From positions 97,948 to 161,947 of the forward strand of contig PTKS01000001.1 in assembly GCA_002937855.1 (NCBI GenBank): 64,000 bases of DNA, given 5' to 3'. The position numbers and the translations under genes were made by a program. The stretch is from Alphaproteobacteria bacterium MarineAlpha5_Bin12 (lineage in GTDB: Bacteria; Pseudomonadota; Alphaproteobacteria; HIMB59; GCA-002718135). A model generated the notes under the pieces. That model searched no databases. It saw only the letters and a program-made list of their open reading frames with translations, and was not told the origin of the DNA. Shown here one piece after another: positions 59,071-64,000 of this stretch (the first letter of the stretch is position 1; every line of letters begins with the position of its first letter).

Positions 59071-60183
59071 TTATATAAAAGGTAATGCACAAAGCTTAGC
59101 TTGGTAAATATCATTGCCAATAACTATTTGATATTCTTGTGAAACATTCCAGAATGGTTTATTAATCATTGCTATACCTATAACTTTTTTAAAATTAGGA
59201 GAATATACACCCGATCTCATATCTCCAACAATATTATTATCTTTATCTTTTAGTTCTATCGAACCTGAAACGTTAATGGTTTTAGTTTCAATAATAATTC
59301 CCATTAATTTTCTTGTAATTCCTTTAGTTTGAATTTTTTTTAATTCGTTTTTTCCTATAAATTCCACATCACTGTCTATATTTATAAATTTGTCAAAACC
59401 ACATTCAAAAGGATTATCATTATTATCAAAATCATTACCACAAGATAATAAAGCGCTTTCAATTCTTTCTATAAGATTTGGGTATCCTGGTCTGATATTG
59501 AATTCTTTTCCAATATCAAATAAAGAATCATACAATTCTAACCCTGACTTTGTATTTTCAACATATATTTCGTAACCACCCTGCTTTGACCAACCAGATC
59601 TTGCTATTAAATGGTCTGTGTCTTTAAATTCAAAATAATCAAAGTCAAAAAACTTTAGTCCTCTAATTTTTTCTCCTAAAATTTTTTCCATTAAAATATA
59701 TGATTTTGGTCCTTGTACAGCTAATATGTTTACATTAGGTTCTATAATGTTAACTTTTAGGTCATATCCTATAGCTAATCCTTTAGCATATAAAATTACA
59801 TCACTATCTGCTATTGAAAGCCACCATTTTTCAATACTATGTCTTAAAACTACAGGATCATTAATCAAACCACCTTTATTATCAATGATTGGACAATAAT
59901 AACATCTACCATCTTTTGATTTTGATAAATCTCTACAAGTCATTAATTGCACAAGCCTTGCTGAATCTTTCCCAGAAATTTCTACCTGCCTTTCTCCAGC
60001 CACATCCCAAACCTGAACGTGTTCTTTTAGATGATAATAATCATCTTCTAAAGAATTATTAAATCCAGTTGGGAGTAACATATGATTATAAACAGTATAA
60101 GAAGTAAGACCCTGTTTTTCTAATCTAGAAGTATAGGGAGTACTTCTTATTCTTCTAGATTTTGATATTAAAAAATTTTTCAC
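59071..60183 (-). CDS. dmdA: GcvT-fold aminomethyltransferase, DMSP demethylase DmdA-like
   Basis: 370-aa ORF. From memory, [20 protein letters not shown].., ..[24 protein letters not shown].., ..[16 protein letters not shown].., ..NPFECGFD.. closely track the Pelagibacter ubique DmdA sequence. Confidence 0.72.
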   Translation of the reverse strand: MKNFLISKSRRIRSTPYTSRLEKQGLTSYTVYNHMLLPTGFNNSLEDDYYHLKEHVQVWDVAGERQVEISGKDSARLVQLMTCRDLSKSKDGRCYYCPIIDNKGGLINDPVVLRHSIEKWWLSIADSDVILYAKGLAIGYDLKVNIIEPNVNILAVQGPKSYILMEKILGEKIRGLKFFDFDYFEFKDTDHLIARSGWSKQGGYEIYVENTKSGLELYDSLFDIGKEFNIRPGYPNLIERIESALLSCGNDFDNNDNPFECGFDKFINIDSDVEFIGKNELKKIQTKGITRKLMGIIIETKTINVSGSIELKDKDNNIVGDMRSGVYSPNFKKVIGIAMINKPFWNVSQEYQIVIGNDIYQAKLCALPFI

Positions 60184-60201
60184 TTTATTCTCTTTTATTT
60201 T

Positions 60202-61368
60202 CTAAACTAAATGCAAACTTCTTGGAAAATTACAAAACAATTCACATCCATTTTCTGTAACTCTTATTGATTCACTTATTTCTAATCCCCAAGTGTCCAT
60301 CCACATTCCTGCCATCAAATGATAAGTTACATTTGGTCTCAATTCTGTCATATCATTTTTTCTTATACTTAATGTATGTTCGCCCCAGTCTGGTGGATAT
60401 CCAATCCCAATAGAATAACCAGCTCTTGAATCTTTTTTTACATCATATTTTTCTAATACATTCCAAAAAGCTGTTGCTACATCATTAGCTGTGTTTCCAG
60501 GCTTTGTAAATTTAATTGCATTTTCTACACTTTCATTTGTAATTTTCATTGTTTCTCTAATTTTATCATTTGGTTTTCCTATATATACAGTTCGTGCCAT
60601 AGGGCAATGATATCGATTTTTAACTCCTCCCAATTCAATTATAGTTCCTTCATTATTAGAAAATTTTTTATCTGATGGGGTTAAATGAGCGGCTGAAGCG
60701 GCATTTCCGCTTGCTAATATTATGGTTAGTCCTGAATACTCACCTCCCATTTTGTCATTTCCAGAAATCAATGCTTGTTGAATATTTCCAGCCACCTCAT
60801 TTTGTCTAATACCAGGCTTAATTGAATCATAAGCTTTCTGCATACCAAGTTGAACCAATACACTAGCTTTTTTCATATATTCAATTTCTGCATCAGACTT
60901 AATAAGTCTTACCCAGTTAACTAACAAATGAGCATTTCGAAATTTTGCATTGGGACATTGAGAGGTTAATCTATAATGAATTTCAGCAGTATAATAATAA
61001 CTATCCATTTCAACACCTATTGATTTATTATCCCAATTTTTACTCTTTAAAAAGTCTGATACAAAATCAAAAGGATGTTGTGGGGGGTATTGTATTAATT
61101 TTTCGGGGTAACCTAAAATATTTTTTTCATTTAAATATGTTGTAATCTTAGCTCCATTAGCATCTTGTTTTCTTCCAATCCAAACTGGTTCTGTATAATC
61201 AATATTCAATATTATTAATTGTGGAACATAAAATGACCAACCGTCATAACCAGATAAGTAGTACATATTTGATGGATCTGTGCAAATTAAAATATCTATC
61301 CCATTCTTAGTCATAGCATTTTTAGTTTCTTTTATTCTTTTTTCAAATTCTTCTTTAGAAAAATTCAT
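60202..61368 (-). CDS. Creatinase/ectoine-hydrolase (DoeA/EutD)-type M24-fold hydrolase lacking the canonical metal ligands
   Basis: I trimmed the ORF to ATG 61368 (MNFSKEEF..), which forms an ATGA overlap with the upstream stop. Creatinase_N-like N-terminus. GYSIGIGYPPDWGEH. The Asp ligand positions read IELGG / HCPMART. Confidence 0.75.
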   Translation of the reverse strand: MNFSKEEFEKRIKETKNAMTKNGIDILICTDPSNMYYLSGYDGWSFYVPQLIILNIDYTEPVWIGRKQDANGAKITTYLNEKNILGYPEKLIQYPPQHPFDFVSDFLKSKNWDNKSIGVEMDSYYYTAEIHYRLTSQCPNAKFRNAHLLVNWVRLIKSDAEIEYMKKASVLVQLGMQKAYDSIKPGIRQNEVAGNIQQALISGNDKMGGEYSGLTIILASGNAASAAHLTPSDKKFSNNEGTIIELGGVKNRYHCPMARTVYIGKPNDKIRETMKITNESVENAIKFTKPGNTANDVATAFWNVLEKYDVKKDSRAGYSIGIGYPPDWGEHTLSIRKNDMTELRPNVTYHLMAGMWMDTWGLEISESIRVTENGCELFCNFPRSLHLV

Positions 61369-62150
61369 TTTTCTGACTCCAATAATTTTCCAAATCCATA
61401 TATTGGAGAATTCATTTTTATAGAACGTAAACAATCCCAAATTGTCACTTGATTGCTTGTTAAAACTGGCTTTTTAATAATATTTTCTATATCTTTTATA
61501 ATACTTAATATTGGCATTGCTGTACATGATATAAAAACTCCATCTGATTTATTGTCATTAATTGATTTAATTGTATTGATAATTGATTCCTTTTTTATCA
61601 TTGCTACATCTTTATCTGACTCAATATTGAAAGAATTGAAGCTTGTAACATTAATATTGTTTTTTTCCAAATAATCAAAAATTGTTTTATTAACAATTTT
61701 AGGATAAGGAGTTAATACAGCAACTTTATTTAATGATAGTTTTTTAAATGCTTTCAAAGCTGCAGTGATGGGTGTAGTTACATAACAATTTTTCTTTACA
61801 GCAGATATTTGTTTTATTACTTCTTTTTCACCTATTGCTATTGTCCCAGAAGTACATCCATAGGCAATCGTATTAATTGACTCTCCAGGCAAAATATTTT
61901 CAGCTATAACAGATAATTTATTTTTCATCTTTAAATAATTCTTACGATTCATAGGATTTTTAAAAGGTATTCTATTAACATATAAATTAACTGGTTTTTT
62001 ATAGATAAGATTTCTAAAATCTTGCTCTATGGTAAAATCAGTGGAAAGCGTTATAAGACCAATTCTGGGTGTCTCATTTTTTTGAAACTCAGCTTCATAA
62101 TTATTTTGTAAAAAATTTTTCAATTTTGTTTTGGAAAATAATCTTCGCAA
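61365..62150 (-). CDS. Asp/Glu/hydantoin racemase-superfamily protein (maleate isomerase / EutA-like) with both catalytic Cys
   Basis: RIGLITLSTD, AYGCTSGT and FISCTAM. Start is either tracked TTG 62150 or in-frame TTG 62123, which forms a TTGA overlap with the upstream stop. Confidence 0.7.
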   Translation of the reverse strand: MRRLFSKTKLKNFLQNNYEAEFQKNETPRIGLITLSTDFTIEQDFRNLIYKKPVNLYVNRIPFKNPMNRKNYLKMKNKLSVIAENILPGESINTIAYGCTSGTIAIGEKEVIKQISAVKKNCYVTTPITAALKAFKKLSLNKVAVLTPYPKIVNKTIFDYLEKNNINVTSFNSFNIESDKDVAMIKKESIINTIKSINDNKSDGVFISCTAMPILSIIKDIENIIKKPVLTSNQVTIWDCLRSIKMNSPIYGFGKLLESEK

Positions 62151-63238
62151 CTGCCTTCTCTATAAACATCCGTAGTTGCGCAATGTAATGCGCCTCCAAA
62201 AGGATATGCATCTCTAAATGGCACTGGTATTACTTCCATACCTAGTTTATCTAACTGCTCTAACTGGTATACCTCGCTTTCTTCAACGCAGACAGTTTTG
62301 GGATCAACTACTAAAACATTCATGCTTAACCATACGCTTGAATAACATAAAGGGGGGGGTTGATTATGAGCAGGTTGAGCTGCATCCACTATTTCCCAAT
62401 CATTATTATAAAATATTTTTTTTTGTTCCTCTGGTAATTGCCTTGATGAGTTATTTAAAACTAGACCCGGTCTTATAGGTGTAAAAGTAGCATCAATGTG
62501 AATTGGATATGGGTCGCCTGGAAAATTAAGAATGTGCACTCTATGATTAGAAAAGTGTCTTTTTATCCAATTTGCACCTTTAATATTTGTTGTAAATCCA
62601 TTTTGTATAAAAAGATCCTTACCCATTCTTAAAATATCTGCAGCATCAAATAGAGGCTCTTCTTCAGTTGTTACAAATTCTTTATTTTTTACCATATCTA
62701 ATCTCTCTTTAATTGTAATTCCATCACTCAGATAATTTTTTCTATAAGATTTTTCTGTTAATCTTGGTTTTGGAGCAGATTCCCATTTCATATTTTTATC
62801 TTCATCAAAATATTTTTGAAGAAGGGGTCTATAACAAAGATATTCAAACCATCTTGATCTGTAAGACATTGTGGCTTCCAACATCTCATTTCCTAGAGTA
62901 AGAATCACATCTCTTGGTGGCATACAACCAAACATGCTCCCTATTTCCCAATCAGGAGTCATTGCTTTTTGATTAAAATTAATAGGTGTTGGTCTATCAA
63001 CTTTTATTCCTCTCTTTTCTAAAATTGATGATAATCCATCTAATTGTGCATTACCTTTATCAATTGATTCTTGAGTTCTTGGTCCATGTTTTCCTTTCAT
63101 ATCACTATCTTCAGGTATTTTTGGATCAGTAGCAGGCTCAGGTGGTGGTATACAACACCCATCAGCTCTACCGACTATTACATGTTTAAGAGGATCCCAT
63201 TCATTCCAAGAATTTACAATTATATTTTTTTCTGTCAT
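62120..63238 (-). CDS. Amidinotransferase, close homologue of L-arginine:glycine amidinotransferase (AGAT)
   Basis: 372-aa ORF. NSWNEWDPLKHVIVGR, MPPRD, FDAADI, PIHIDATF and GGALHCATTD parallel the AGAT sequence, including the Asp/His/Cys triad. Confidence 0.82.
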   Translation of the reverse strand: MTEKNIIVNSWNEWDPLKHVIVGRADGCCIPPPEPATDPKIPEDSDMKGKHGPRTQESIDKGNAQLDGLSSILEKRGIKVDRPTPINFNQKAMTPDWEIGSMFGCMPPRDVILTLGNEMLEATMSYRSRWFEYLCYRPLLQKYFDEDKNMKWESAPKPRLTEKSYRKNYLSDGITIKERLDMVKNKEFVTTEEEPLFDAADILRMGKDLFIQNGFTTNIKGANWIKRHFSNHRVHILNFPGDPYPIHIDATFTPIRPGLVLNNSSRQLPEEQKKIFYNNDWEIVDAAQPAHNQPPPLCYSSVWLSMNVLVVDPKTVCVEESEVYQLEQLDKLGMEVIPVPFRDAYPFGGALHCATTDVYREGSCEDYFPKQN

Positions 63239-63268
63239 TATTTATGTTGATATTATATAGTTTTATTT

Positions 63269-64000
63269 ATGGATATTAGTAATAAAAAACTTTTCAAACA
63301 GCAATGTTTTATTAATGGTGAATGGATAGATTCAGAAGATAATCAAGTTTTAGAAGTTAATAATCCTGCTACACAAGACATTTTAGGAACTATTCCTAAT
63401 TGTGGAAAAAATGAAACAAAAATTGCAATTCTAGCTGCTGAAAAGTCTTGGACTAATTGGAAGTCAAAAACAGCAAAAGAAAGATCTGGTATTTTAAAAA
63501 AATGGTTTAAATTAATTGAAGAAAATCATGAAGATTTATCTAAAATAATGACCTTTGAACAAGGAAAATCTATCAATGAATCTAGAGCAGAAATTACCTA
63601 TGGAGCTTCATTTGTGGAATGGTATGCTGAAGAATGTAGAAGAGTTTATGGAGATACTATACCTGATATTTTAGAAGACAGAAGAACAATAGTCATTAAA
63701 CAACCTGTAGGCGTAGTTGGAGCTATTACGCCATGGAATTTTCCAAGTTCAATGATAACAAGAAAGTGTGCTCCTGCATTAGCTGTCGGCTGCCCTGTTA
63801 TAATTAAACCAGCAAGCCAAACTCCTTATTCTGCACTAGCATTAGCAGCTCTTGCTGAAGAAGCAGGATTTCCAAAAGGGACAATAAACGTAATAACAGG
63901 ATCTGCTAAAGATATAGGTTTTGAATTATCAACTAATCCAATTGTAAGAAAATTATCATTTACTGGATCAACTGAAATTGGAAAAATACTTTTAAAACAA
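63269..64000 (+). CDS. gabD: Succinate-semialdehyde dehydrogenase-type aldehyde dehydrogenase, N-terminal 244 codons (runs off the right edge)
   Basis: Not in the ORF track. My translation is MDISNKKLFKQQCFINGEWIDSEDNQVLEVNNPATQDILGTIP..VGAITPWNFPSSMITRK..FTGSTEIGK, the GabD/SSADH pattern. Confidence 0.8.
   Translation, partial: MDISNKKLFKQQCFINGEWIDSEDNQVLEVNNPATQDILGTIPNCGKNETKIAILAAEKSWTNWKSKTAKERSGILKKWFKLIEENHEDLSKIMTFEQGKSINESRAEITYGASFVEWYAEECRRVYGDTIPDILEDRRTIVIKQPVGVVGAITPWNFPSSMITRKCAPALAVGCPVIIKPASQTPYSALALAALAEEAGFPKGTINVITGSAKDIGFELSTNPIVRKLSFTGSTEIGKILLKQ

Noticed and set aside
61369-61440. Tracked start of the creatinase-type M24 ORF at 61440 (MGLFTFYKNEFSNIWIWKIIGVRK..)
   Set aside because: The extension overlaps the upstream racemase-family gene by 76 nt. 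ATG 61368 gives the standard ATGA coupling and a typical creatinase_N start.

Overview
This is an AT-rich, very gene-dense chromosome segment with almost no intergenic DNA and many 1-4 nt start/stop overlaps. From composition, packing and a DmdA-like protein I infer a SAR11/Pelagibacterales-type alphaproteobacterium. No database search was possible, so all calls rest on the ORF track, my own translation of untracked regions, and motif recognition by eye.

The left half (1-32 kb) is housekeeping:
- The 5' part of the dcw cluster on the minus strand: mraZ-rsmH-ftsL-ftsI-murE-murF-mraY.
- An RNase P RNA gene and a phased ATGGG operator-like array directly upstream of mraZ.
- A cell-wall amidase, bamD, ligA, a UvrD-type helicase, mlaA/mlaC and sufE.
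- A head-to-tail array yqeY-dnaG-rpoD-MBL hydrolase-tRNA(CAU)-M48 peptidase. The rpoD gene carries an unusual polybasic repeat extension.
- carAB, greA, trxB, an untracked rpmJ, ggt, guaC and ispA.

The right half (32-64 kb) is an accessory osmolyte/organosulfur/nitrogen catabolic region:
- A six-gene minus-strand array holds mtnP-mtnA translationally coupled to a class II aldolase-SDR fusion and an EamA exporter. I read this as a candidate single-polypeptide DHAP shunt for methylthioadenosine.
- A DddP-like M24 protein sits beside a Rieske oxygenase and a TRAP transporter.
- A PotABCD-like ABC system is clustered with an FAD oxidoreductase, an aldehyde dehydrogenase and an SDR.
- An M19-like amidohydrolase with a degenerate metal site faces a coupled pair of proteins (554 aa and about 235 aa) with no recognisable motifs.
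- An operon encodes a glycine-amidinotransferase homologue, a two-Cys racemase/isomerase, a metal-ligand-less creatinase/ectoine-hydrolase-type M24 protein and DmdA, divergent from gabD.

I saw no rRNA, CRISPR array, IS element, integrase, prophage or recognisable defence genes.

The most promising candidates for undescribed biology are the mtnP-mtnA-aldolase/SDR operon, the amidinotransferase-to-dmdA operon, and the unknown protein pair next to the degenerate M19 enzyme.
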